64,000 nucleotides of DNA from Nitrospinota bacterium (GTDB lineage Bacteria; 2-12-FULL-45-22; JACOWJ01). Shown here piece by piece: positions 37,153 to 45,501 of the stretch. Numbering within the stretch: position 1 is the first letter of the stretch; the number at the start of each line of letters is the position of its first letter. The notes under the pieces were generated by a model. The model did not search any database. It had not been told where the DNA came from and worked only from the letters and a program-made list of their open reading frames with translations. A program made the position numbers and the translations under genes. The DNA lies in contig JACOWJ010000029.1 of the NCBI GenBank assembly GCA_016176845.1, positions 3,397 to 67,396 of the forward strand. Direction: 5' to 3'.

Positions 37153-37818
37153 TTGAAGTTGAAAAGGAGACTAGCAGTGCTCTTCGACATGGATGGGGTG
37201 ATCGTGGACAGCATGCCCTTTCATTTTCGGGCCTGGCACCAGGCCTTTGCCTCGATCGGGGTGGAGGTGAGCCAGGAGGAGATCTACCTGCGGGAAGGGG
37301 AGAAGGGGGAAGTGACCGCCCGGGAGATCCTGGAGGAGAGGAAGATCCCCCCTCGTGAAGAAGAGCGGCAAGAATTGGTCCGGCGGAAGCGGGAGATCTT
37401 CCGGCAGATCGTAACCCACGAGCTCTTTCCCGGCGTGAGGGAGTTGCTGGAGGAGCTCCGCAGCCGAGGAGCCTCTTTGGGACTGGTGACCGGGACCTCC
37501 CGAAAGGAGGCGGAAAGGCTTTTGCCCGAAGGGTTCCTGGACCAATTCGACGTCGTGGTTACGGGGGATGACGTCCGCCAGGGAAAGCCTCACCCGGAGC
37601 CCTATCTCAAGGCCGTCCGGGAATTGGGGCTCGATCCGTCCCAATGCGTGGTGATCGAGAACTCCCCCAATGGGATCCGGTCAGCCAAAGGGGCCGGCTT
37701 GCGCTGCATCGCCCTCACCACCTCCCTGCCCCGAGAGCACCTGGGGGAGGCCGATCGGGTGGTCGATTCGCTGACCGAGGTGCGGGAGGTGCTCAGCTTG
37801 GAGATCAGCCAGAGATAA
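37153..37818 (+). CDS. HAD family phosphatase (beta-PGM/CbbY-like)
   Basis: FDMDGVIVDS, GKPHPEPY and VIENSPNG. Confidence 0.92.
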   Translation: MKLKRRLAVLFDMDGVIVDSMPFHFRAWHQAFASIGVEVSQEEIYLREGEKGEVTAREILEERKIPPREEERQELVRRKREIFRQIVTHELFPGVRELLEELRSRGASLGLVTGTSRKEAERLLPEGFLDQFDVVVTGDDVRQGKPHPEPYLKAVRELGLDPSQCVVIENSPNGIRSAKGAGLRCIALTTSLPREHLGEADRVVDSLTEVREVLSLEISQR

Positions 37819-37836
37819 TCTCTACGAATGGCCAAA

Positions 37837-37940
37837 AAGTTTGTTAGCGCGAATAAGCGTTGGGATGACCAATAGCAGTGTAGGGGCAGGATTTATCCCG
37901 CCCGCCTCCATCCCAACGGTTTTTCGCGCCTATAAAACTT
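37837..37940. repeat. Long inverted repeat enclosing a GTAG-type REP
   Basis: GCGCGAA...CGTTGGGATG / CATCCCAACG...TTCGCGC arms around GTAGGGGCAGGATTTATCCCGCCC. Confidence 0.7.
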
Positions 37941-37962
37941 CGCTTCTCAAGGAGGACAGAAA

Positions 37963-38715
37963 GTGGGCAGACTGGAAGGGAAGGTTGCCATCGTGACGGG
38001 CTCCAGCCGGGGGACGGGGGCCGCCATCGCCAAGGTGTTCGCCCGGGAAGGGGCCTGCGTGGTCATCAATCAGGTCAGGGACGAGGGGAATCCCCAGGCC
38101 GTCCTCCAGGAGATCGCCCAGGAAGGAGGCCAGGCCCTCTGGGTCAAAGCGGACATCACCCGACGCGAGGAGGTCGAACGGTTGGTGAAAGAAGTCGAAG
38201 GGCGCTGGGGCAAGGTGGATATCCTGATCAACAACTACGTCCCCTCAGTTGCCAACAAGCCCTTTGCCCAGACCACCTGGGAAGACTGCCAGGAGCAGAT
38301 CGATGGGACCATCCGTGCCGCCTTCTATACCTGCCAGGCGGTTCTGGAGGGGATGGTGCGGCGCCGGTGGGGGCGGATCGTCCTGATCGGCAGCATGGTG
38401 ATCCATCAGCCCCGCGTGGGGACCCACGCTTACGCAGTGGCCAAATCGGCCCAGCTGGCCTTCGTCCGCAACCTGGCCATCGAGTACGGCCCTTATGGCA
38501 TCACGGTTAACCTGCTCTCTCCCAGCATCATCCTGACGGAGGAGGTGGCGGCGATGCCCCAAGAGCTCAGGGACCGATTCGTGCAGCGCACTCCCCTGGG
38601 CCGCATCGCCCTGCCGGAAGAGGTGGCCCGAGCAGCTCTGTTCCTCTCGTCCGACGATTCTTCTTATGTGACCGGGGTCTACCTGCCCGTCAACGGGGGC
38701 AACCTCATGGTCTGA
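37963..38715 (+). CDS. SDR family oxidoreductase (FabG-like)
   Basis: TGSSRGTG, YAVAK and TPLGRIA.PEEVA. Confidence 0.92.
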   Translation: MGRLEGKVAIVTGSSRGTGAAIAKVFAREGACVVINQVRDEGNPQAVLQEIAQEGGQALWVKADITRREEVERLVKEVEGRWGKVDILINNYVPSVANKPFAQTTWEDCQEQIDGTIRAAFYTCQAVLEGMVRRRWGRIVLIGSMVIHQPRVGTHAYAVAKSAQLAFVRNLAIEYGPYGITVNLLSPSIILTEEVAAMPQELRDRFVQRTPLGRIALPEEVARAALFLSSDDSSYVTGVYLPVNGGNLMV

Positions 38716-38818
38716 ACCATTCCCTCCTGACGGAGGAGGTGGCGGCAATGCCTCAAGTGCTCAAGGTTTGGACCGCATCGCCCTGCCGGAGGGGAGATCC
38801 GCTGAAAGGGGGAATCTC

Positions 38819-39244
38819 ATGCGCTTTCTGATGCTCCACGTCGATTCCTTTTGCTGCCGGATCACCGAGAAGGGACGCTCCAAGGTCTACGAGGATTTCG
38901 ATGACCCCGAGACCCGGGTGGCGGAAGCCCTCATTGTCCTTTCCAGCGTGGAGAAAGGGGACGAAAGGGCCCCGGAGGTAGTGGCGGAAAGGGCCGTGGC
39001 CGAGATCGAAAAGCTGGCCCGTCAGCTGAAGGTGTCGGTGATCGTCCTGCATCCCTTCGCCCACCTCTTCGGGGAGCTCAGCAGTCCGCAGGTGGCCATC
39101 GAGGTCCTCCAGGAGGCCGAAAGGCAGCTCGAAGAGCGGGGCTTCACGGTCAGGCGCACCCCCTTCGGATGGTTTAACGCCCTGGAGATCAAGGCCAAGG
39201 GCCATCCCATCTCGCGGGTGGCGCGGATCGTCACCCCGGATTGA
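38819..39244 (+). CDS. Stand-alone archaeal-type threonyl-tRNA synthetase editing domain
   Basis: MRFLMLHVD, SVEKGDE, LHPFAHL, RTPFGWF and KGHPISR. Confidence 0.85.
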   Translation: MRFLMLHVDSFCCRITEKGRSKVYEDFDDPETRVAEALIVLSSVEKGDERAPEVVAERAVAEIEKLARQLKVSVIVLHPFAHLFGELSSPQVAIEVLQEAERQLEERGFTVRRTPFGWFNALEIKAKGHPISRVARIVTPD

Positions 39245-39263
39245 TGGAGGATGCCATTTGGCC

Positions 39264-39418
39264 CAAGTCAGCTCGTAGCTCGTAGCTCGTAGCGGGCTGA
39301 GTTCCGAGCTGAAAAAGGAAATTCCCTCAAGCTAAGTTTTAAGTTTTAGGTGTTAAGTTTTAGGTTTTTTGCTTAACACTTAAAACCTGAAACTTAAAAC
39401 TTTCCCGTAAATCCTGTC
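39264..39418 (+). mobile_element. Two head-to-tail miniature elements with IS91-like ends
   Basis: CAAGTCAG, three GCTCGTA units and GGAAATTCCCT, then CAAGCTAAG with a TTAAG heptamer hairpin and a degenerate end. Confidence 0.55.
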
Positions 39419-39822
39419 TAAAAAGGGGTAATCTCGTCGCCATCTTGGACTTCCAAGGCCTCCTTGAGGTTGTGGGGGGCAACGACCTCAAGCTTATCCA
39501 CCGGGTAGCCCGCCACCTCCGGGAAGACGATCGCCCCCGAGAGCTTTCCCTGGATAAGGACCTTAAAGCACTTGCCGTTGCAAAAGCCCGTCTCCGGCGG
39601 GACGATAGTGATTCCCGGCTGGTTTCTCAGCTCCCTCCACCGCTTCAAGACCTCTGCGCTATCCAGCCTCAGATTCAGCGTTCCGGGATAGGGATCGATG
39701 CCCACCTTGCCGATAAACTGTCCCTTAGCCCAAGGCAGCTCGGTGAAGAAACGCCCTTCTCCCAAGCCGGAGACGATGACCCCCTTCAGGCTGACTCCCC
39801 TCTGCGCTTTGTTCTCATCCAT
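39418..39822 (-). CDS. ribK: CTP-dependent riboflavin kinase (archaeal type, DUF120)
   Basis: LKGVIVSGLGEGRFF, PYPGTLN and LEVVAPHNLKE.L...DGD. Confidence 0.9.
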   Translation of the reverse strand: MDENKAQRGVSLKGVIVSGLGEGRFFTELPWAKGQFIGKVGIDPYPGTLNLRLDSAEVLKRWRELRNQPGITIVPPETGFCNGKCFKVLIQGKLSGAIVFPEVAGYPVDKLEVVAPHNLKEALEVQDGDEITPF

Positions 39823-39891
39823 CTCGCGGCTCCTCTCACCTCCAGGCTCAGTCGCCGGAGGAGGACTTTCAACCGTCCGACCTCCCCACGC

Positions 39892-39970
39892 TTAGTACCG
39901 CTCCACGTAAATAAGTATCCAAAATGGCCTAGTGAATAACGGATATTTTATTGTGTGGAGGTGTACTTAG
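39892..39970. mobile_element. MITE family B at the ubiX stop codon
   Basis: TTA-GTACCGCTCCAC...GTGGAGGTGTAC-TTA. Confidence 0.8.
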
Positions 39971-40536
39971 ATATCGGAGGGGGCCCCCCAGCGCCGAAAA
40001 AGCTGATGGTTGATCCCGAAGAGGTCCAGGACCTTCCCCACCGTCTGATCCACCACATCGAGCAGCGTCTTGGGCTTATGGTAGAAGGCCGGGACCGGGG
40101 GAAGGACGATCCCCCCCATCTCGGCCACCCGCTCCAGGTTGCGGAGATGCCCCAGGTGAAGGGGGGTCTCCCGGAAGAGCAAAACCAGCCTCCTCCGTTC
40201 CTTCAAGGCCACATCACAGGCCCGGATCAGGAGGTTATCCGTATACGAATGGGCGATGGCCGAGAGCGTCTTGACGCTGCAGGGGGCCACCACCATCCCA
40301 TCGGTCTTGAAGGAGCCACTGGAGATCGAAGCGCCGATATCCCGGACGTCATAGCAATAGTCGGCCAGGGCCTCCACCTCCTCCACTTTGTACTCGGTCT
40401 CCATCAAGAGCGTCTTCTTCCCCGGATCGGTGATCACCAGGTGGGTCTCCACCTCTGGATATTCTTTGAGAACTTCCAACAGCCTCACCCCGTAAATGGC
40501 CCCGCTGGCCCCCGAGATCCCTACGATCAGTCGCAA
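39967..40536 (-). CDS. ubiX: Flavin prenyltransferase UbiX
   Basis: GISGASG, ASISSGS, APCS, RACDVALKERR, RETPL and PAFY. Confidence 0.96.
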   Translation of the reverse strand: MRLIVGISGASGAIYGVRLLEVLKEYPEVETHLVITDPGKKTLLMETEYKVEEVEALADYCYDVRDIGASISSGSFKTDGMVVAPCSVKTLSAIAHSYTDNLLIRACDVALKERRRLVLLFRETPLHLGHLRNLERVAEMGGIVLPPVPAFYHKPKTLLDVVDQTVGKVLDLFGINHQLFRRWGAPSDI

Positions 40537-40589
40537 GTCCCACGCTCCTTTAAGAATTTGCCCCCCTGAGGATTCTCCCTTGTGTAAGG

Positions 40590-40690
40590 TTAGTACGAAA
40601 ATACCCCCTCACCCCAACCCTCTCCCCAAGGGGAGAGGGAGTGTCGTAAGCCATTTTCATGGGCTTGGGTGCCCAAAAGGCATGACCGAT
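40590..40690. repeat. CCCTCACCCCAACCCTCTCCC...GGGAGAGGG repeat element
   Basis: A near-identical ~95 bp copy lies at 47858-47955. Confidence 0.8.
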
Positions 40691-40712
40691 TGACAAGGAG
40701 CTGGCATCCTGG

Positions 40713-41933
40713 CTACAACACGTTCTCCAGCTCCGCACAGTCCAGGAGGTGGCCCAACTTCTCCCGCTTGGTCCGGAGATAGCGGATGTTTTCCGGGGTG
40801 GAAGCCACCACGATGGGAACCCGTTCGGTGACTTTGAGGCCGAACCCCTCGATCCCCACCACTTTTTTGGGGTTGTTGGTCAGCAACCGGATGGAAGAGA
40901 GGCCGAGGTCAGCCAGGATCTGCGCCCCAATCCCATAGTCCCGGAGGTCCGGGGGAAAGCCCAGCTCCAGATTGGCCTCCACCGTATCTTTTCCCTCTTC
41001 TTGCAACTTATAAGCCCGCAGCTTGTTCAGGAGGCCGATGCCGCGTCCCTCTTCCGACATATAAACGAAGACCCCGATGCCCTCCTCCTCGATCTGCTTC
41101 AGGGCATCCTCGATCTGCTGTCCGCAGTCGCACCGCAGGGACTTAAAGACATCCCCCGTCAGGCACTGGGAGTGGACCCTCACCAGGACGTCGCTCTGGC
41201 CCCGAACGTCCCCCTTGACCAGAGCGACGTGGGCCTTCTGGTCCAAGGTGCAGAGGTAACCGACCGCCCGGAACTCCCCAAATCGGGTGGGCAGCGCCGC
41301 CTCGGCTACCCGTTCGATCAGGCGCTCCTTACGGCGGCGGTACTGAATGAGATCGGACACCGAGGCGATCTTCAGTCCGAACCGCTTGGCCACCTCCAAC
41401 AACTGCGGCAGGCGAGCCATGGTCCCATCCTCGTTCATGATCTCGCAGAGGACCCCCGCCGGGAACAGGCCAGCCAATCGGGCCAGGTCCACCGCAGCCT
41501 CCGTGTGACCAGCCCGCTGCAGCACCCCCCCCTTCCGGGCCACCAAAGGGAAAACGTGTCCAGGCCGGCTGATGTCCTGTGGCTTGGTTCGGGGGTCGAC
41601 CACCGCCTGGATGGTCACGGCCCGATCGTAGGCAGAGATGCCCGTGGTGATCTTAGCCTTCGCCCCGATGGAGACGGTAAAGGCCGTGCCGTGGGTGGAG
41701 GTGTTATTCTGCACCATGAGAGGGATCTCCAACTCCCTCAGACGCTCCTCACAACAGGGCATGCAGATCAGGCCCCGGCCATACCTGGCCATGAAATTGA
41801 TCACCTCGGGCGTGACCTTCTCGGCCCCCATCAGGAAATCGCCCTCGTTCTCCCGGTCCTCATCATCCACCATGATGATCATCTTCCCTGCCTGGATGTC
41901 CTCGACAACCTCTTCGATCGAATAGAAGCTCAA
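40713..41933 (-). CDS. ribBA: Bifunctional DHBP synthase / GTP cyclohydrolase II
   Basis: [41 protein letters not shown] and LTNNP. Confidence 0.97.
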   Translation of the reverse strand: MSFYSIEEVVEDIQAGKMIIMVDDEDRENEGDFLMGAEKVTPEVINFMARYGRGLICMPCCEERLRELEIPLMVQNNTSTHGTAFTVSIGAKAKITTGISAYDRAVTIQAVVDPRTKPQDISRPGHVFPLVARKGGVLQRAGHTEAAVDLARLAGLFPAGVLCEIMNEDGTMARLPQLLEVAKRFGLKIASVSDLIQYRRRKERLIERVAEAALPTRFGEFRAVGYLCTLDQKAHVALVKGDVRGQSDVLVRVHSQCLTGDVFKSLRCDCGQQIEDALKQIEEEGIGVFVYMSEEGRGIGLLNKLRAYKLQEEGKDTVEANLELGFPPDLRDYGIGAQILADLGLSSIRLLTNNPKKVVGIEGFGLKVTERVPIVVASTPENIRYLRTKREKLGHLLDCAELENVL

Positions 41934-41959
41934 ATTGATTTACCTCCTTGCTTTATGCA

Positions 41960-42328
41960 TTAGACCTTTTCCAGCCACTCGTCCACTGCCGAGTGGGCGT
42001 TGCGCATGACCGCCTCCAGATCCTGGGGAGTGGCGTTGTCCACGTGAATGCCGGCGATCACCACGGCGATCTGGCCCAACCTCCGAACCACTTTATCGGC
42101 GATGGGACGGGCCAACTCGTCGTCTTTGTGTCCGAGGATGCTGACGACCGACACGTTGGCCGTAACCCGCAAGGGGTCTCGACTGCTGGGGCGGGGAAGC
42201 CCTACGGCAACTCCCCCGATGTGGGGAAGGTCTCCTCCTTGGAGGTAAAGGATCACGCCATTGGTAGATTGGATGGCCTGCAGGGAGACCCGGCGGGAGC
42301 CTTCCCCTTTGGAGACCTCATGAAGCAC
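41960..42328 (-). CDS. lpdD: Prenylated flavin chaperone LpdD-like protein
   Basis: GGDLPHIG, GHKDD.LA and AGIHVDNAT; GTG start with a GAGGA RBS. Confidence 0.8.
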   Translation of the reverse strand: MLHEVSKGEGSRRVSLQAIQSTNGVILYLQGGDLPHIGGVAVGLPRPSSRDPLRVTANVSVVSILGHKDDELARPIADKVVRRLGQIAVVIAGIHVDNATPQDLEAVMRNAHSAVDEWLEKV

Positions 42329-42454
42329 TTTCCAAATTCCTCGGCGACATCGGGTTGATTCCATGAAAGCCCGCACGGGCTTTTGCCACAAAACGGCCGA
42401 TCCTTCCCCATTTCGGCCCTAGTGTACCTTTTCTGTCTCCGGGATTCAAGAGGG

Positions 42455-42540
42455 GAATTTTCCCGTGAAAATGCCCAGGACTCTCTGAAGCCCATTCCCA
42501 TTATCGGGGACGGCTAACTTCACCGGCCTATGACGGTTTG
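42455..42540. repeat. ~90 bp dispersed motif, copy A
   Basis: ATTTTCCCGTGAAAATGCC...CCATT..CATT.TCGGGG.CGGC.AACT; homologous to the copies at 57047 and 60332. Confidence 0.7.
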
Positions 42541-42623
42541 TGAGATAAAGTGATATGATAGTAGACCTGATTCCTTGTTTGATCCAATTGGGGTTCTGGG
42601 GGGGGGGTGATCTTCTGCGAGGG

Positions 42624-42705
42624 CAAGTTAGGGGGGACAGGGCACAGGCCACAGGGAACACAGGGAAGAAGAACCCCTGTAAGCTGAAAATGGAAATTCC
42701 TATAC
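42624..42705 (+). mobile_element. Miniature element with IS91-like ends
   Basis: CAAGTTAG...(ACAGGG)n...AAAATGGAAATTCCTATAC. Confidence 0.65.
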
Positions 42706-42717
42706 TTTCAAGATAGA

Positions 42718-43632
42718 ATGACATCTCAATGGTGGGAGCTTCTGGAGCAGATCGAAAGACATCCAGGGTTGACCTTCGTGCTTGGAGCCGCCCATAGCGG
42801 GAAGAGCACTTTGGCAAAATTCCTGGTAACCCGGATCAGTCAGCGCCGCCACGTGACGGCCTATCTGGATGGAGACATGGGCCAATCCACCTTGGGCCCT
42901 CCGGCCGCCCTCAATTTGGCCTTGCTGCAATACCCATTCGAGCCTACCCGAGAACCGCTTGAAAATAAGGATGCTCTCGTCGTTGCCCGCTATTTTATCG
43001 GCTCCAACGCCCCCGGGGGACACTTCTTGCCCTTGCTCGTGGGACTCCGGAAGCTGACCCAGCGGGCGCGGCAGCTGGGTGCGGAGATGGTGATACTGGA
43101 CTCGACGGGCTTTGTCTCGGGGGGAGCGGCTCGGGAGCTTAAGTTCCAGAAGATCGACCTGCTCAGCCCTCAGCACCTGGTGGCCCTGCAGCATGCCGGG
43201 GAGCTGGAGCCCATCCTGCAGCCTTTAGAGGGCCGGCCGGGGATGCGGATCCACCGGCTGCCCGTTCACCCCCTGGCCCGACCCAAGACACTCGAAGAGC
43301 GACAGGCCAACCGTAGCCATAAGTACTCCGAATATTTCAGAGGGCGACGGCTCGCAGGTTTCAACCTGCAAAAGATCCGGGTCATCGGCAATGCCTCCCC
43401 CCTGGAGACCTATTCATCTTCGGCTTGCGCGGACCTGAAGGGGTTGCTCGTAGGCCTCAACGATGCTGAGAACTTCACGCTGGGCATGGGGATCCTCTCC
43501 CATCTCGACCCCCGAAAAGGGAAGATCACCCTATGGACCCCCCTATCGCCCCTGTCGGGGGTCAGGATCCTGCGGCTGGGGGCCCTTAAGCTCGATTCCT
43601 CCTGGCGGGACCATAGCTGGCGCCCTTACTGA
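42718..43632 (+). CDS. Clp1/Grc3-type polynucleotide 5'-hydroxyl kinase
   Basis: GAAHSGKST, LDGDMGQSTLGPP, DSTGFV, K..KIDLL and ERQANR. Confidence 0.88.
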   Translation: MTSQWWELLEQIERHPGLTFVLGAAHSGKSTLAKFLVTRISQRRHVTAYLDGDMGQSTLGPPAALNLALLQYPFEPTREPLENKDALVVARYFIGSNAPGGHFLPLLVGLRKLTQRARQLGAEMVILDSTGFVSGGAARELKFQKIDLLSPQHLVALQHAGELEPILQPLEGRPGMRIHRLPVHPLARPKTLEERQANRSHKYSEYFRGRRLAGFNLQKIRVIGNASPLETYSSSACADLKGLLVGLNDAENFTLGMGILSHLDPRKGKITLWTPLSPLSGVRILRLGALKLDSSWRDHSWRPY

Positions 43633-43645
43633 GGGATGGGTGATC

Positions 43646-44152
43646 TCACCCCGCATCGGCGATCTCTTCCTCCTCCCAGAGGAGCCAGCGCTCTGGGTGT
43701 TCCAAATAGGCATGCGTGTTCCGAAGGGTTTGGAAGTGCTCGTTCTCCTGCTCGGCCAGGAAGTCGAAGAAGGCCTTCAACTGGAGATCAGAGGTCTCCC
43801 GAGCCATTTTCCGATAAAGGCGGAAGCCCTCCACCTCCATTTCCATGGCAATCCTGAGGGCCTCCAACTCATCCGGATTGCCGGCGATCCGCTCTTGGAG
43901 CTTATGCCGGGCTAGATCGAAGATGGTCTGGCCCTTCCCTCGGCCGGTCCGTCCTCCCAACGCGGGGGTGGTTAACTCGCGGGTCATCTCCTGCAGTTCC
44001 TTCAGATGGACCTCCTCCTCCGCCACAATCGAGAGGAACATCTGACGCCCTAAGGGATGGGCCGTCTCCTGGCTGGCCTTGCCGTAGAACTCTATGCCAT
44101 CCTTCTCCAGTTTCATGGCATGTTCCAAGATTTGCGAAATCGGCTTTTTCAT
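43646..44152 (-). CDS. Ferritin-like (rubrerythrin family) protein
   Basis: AMKLE..G.EFY, EEVH, AMEME..G..LY and ENEH. Confidence 0.9.
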   Translation of the reverse strand: MKKPISQILEHAMKLEKDGIEFYGKASQETAHPLGRQMFLSIVAEEEVHLKELQEMTRELTTPALGGRTGRGKGQTIFDLARHKLQERIAGNPDELEALRIAMEMEVEGFRLYRKMARETSDLQLKAFFDFLAEQENEHFQTLRNTHAYLEHPERWLLWEEEEIADAG

Positions 44153-44191
44153 GAGCGATCCCCTCAGTTTCTCCCTGGGCTGGTTTTCGCA

Positions 44192-44220
44192 TTGACAATT
44201 CCGAACGAATTGTATAGAAT
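44192..44220 (+). promoter_or_regulatory. Sigma70 promoter of tRNA-Leu
   Basis: TTGACA-N17-TAGAAT. Confidence 0.8.
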
Positions 44221-44250
44221 AAAAACCGTTTTGCGTCAAAGTCCTTGGGT

Positions 44251-44338
44251 GCCGAAGTGGCGGAATTGGTAGACGCGCTAGATTCAGGGTCTAGTGGGCC
44301 CTGCGCCCGTAGGGGTTCGAGTCCCCTCTTCGGCACCA
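44251..44338 (+). tRNA. tRNA-Leu (anticodon CAG)
   Basis: GCCGAAG/CTTCGGC acceptor stem, D-loop GG, CTAGA-TTCAGGG-TCTAG anticodon arm, long variable arm, GTTCGA T-loop and encoded CCA. Confidence 0.97.
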
Positions 44339-44360
44339 TCCTATCCATATTTTTATTCTT

Positions 44361-45428
44361 TTACCTTCCCAGCGCCTTCTGGATCCCCTCGGGGCTGGCC
44401 TCCACGATCCCCTGCTCGGTGATGATTCCCTGGATGTAGCGGGCAGGAGTCACGTCAAAAGCGGGGTTGCGGGCAGCGCCCCCTTCGGGAGAGGTCCGGA
44501 CCCGCTCGAACTCCCCCCGCTGCGACCATCCCCAGGCGTAAAGGACTTCCTCCTGGCTGCGCTCTTCGATGGGGATCTGATCGCCCGAGGGACAGTTCGG
44601 GTCGATGGTCGTGGTGGGGGCCGCCACGTAAAAGGGGATCCCATTTTCCCTGGCCAGCACCGCCTTGGTGTAAGTGCCAATCTTGTTGGCCACGTCCCCG
44701 TTGGCGGCGATCCGATCGGACCCCACAATGACCATCTCGATCTGGCCGGTTTTCATATAGTATCCCGTGGCGTTATCCGCGATGATGGCGTAGGGGATCC
44801 CTTCCTGCCCCAGCTCCCAGGCGGTCAACCGCGAGCCCTGACAGCGGGGGCGGGTCTCATCCACATAGACGAAGACCTTCTTTCCCTGGCGGGCGGCGGC
44901 GTACATGGGGGAAAGAGCGGTGCCCCAATCGACGAAAGCCAGCCAGCCAGCGTTGCAATGGGTGGAAAGGTGCATCCCGCTCCGGATGAGCTGTTCCCCG
45001 TACTCCCCGATCCGTTGGCAGGCCGAGGCGTCCTCGTCCGCGATCGTTTGGGCCATCGCCACGGCCGCCTCCCGGGCCAACCGCGGATCGTCCCGGTGTC
45101 GCTCGATCTCGGCCAGGACCCTGTCGATGGCGTAGAAGAGATTTTGAGCAGTCGGCCGGGTGCTCCTCAAGGTCTGCGCCCCCCGTTGGATATATTCCCA
45201 GAAGCCCTTCTCCGGAGCCTCCAGGGCCACCTGGGCCATGCCGTATCCCCCCGTGGCCCCGATGGCCCCTGCCCCTCGCACCACCATGGTCTGAATGGCC
45301 TGGGCCGTCCTCTCGTGGTGCTCCATCTCCACGATCTCGAACCGGTGGGGAATGGGAGGTTGATTGATCATCTTGACCACCGGCCCCTCCATCCAAACGG
45401 TCCGGTAGTGCACCCCCTGAACCTTCAT
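44361..45428 (-). CDS. mtnA: S-methyl-5-thioribose-1-phosphate isomerase
   Basis: MVVRGAGAIG, RPTAQNL, THCNAG, DETRP..QG.RLT and NPAFDVTP. Confidence 0.95.
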   Translation of the reverse strand: MKVQGVHYRTVWMEGPVVKMINQPPIPHRFEIVEMEHHERTAQAIQTMVVRGAGAIGATGGYGMAQVALEAPEKGFWEYIQRGAQTLRSTRPTAQNLFYAIDRVLAEIERHRDDPRLAREAAVAMAQTIADEDASACQRIGEYGEQLIRSGMHLSTHCNAGWLAFVDWGTALSPMYAAARQGKKVFVYVDETRPRCQGSRLTAWELGQEGIPYAIIADNATGYYMKTGQIEMVIVGSDRIAANGDVANKIGTYTKAVLARENGIPFYVAAPTTTIDPNCPSGDQIPIEERSQEEVLYAWGWSQRGEFERVRTSPEGGAARNPAFDVTPARYIQGIITEQGIVEASPEGIQKALGR

Positions 45429-45501
45429 GGACTTCTTCCTTTCTATTCCTCATCCTTCAGCAAGGGGCCGGGGCTCCCTGCTCTTTAGCAGCGTTAGACA
45501 T

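Noticed and set aside
44251-44338. tRNA-Leu as an integration site
   Set aside because: No duplicated tRNA 3' end or integrase was seen, and the flanks are housekeeping genes.
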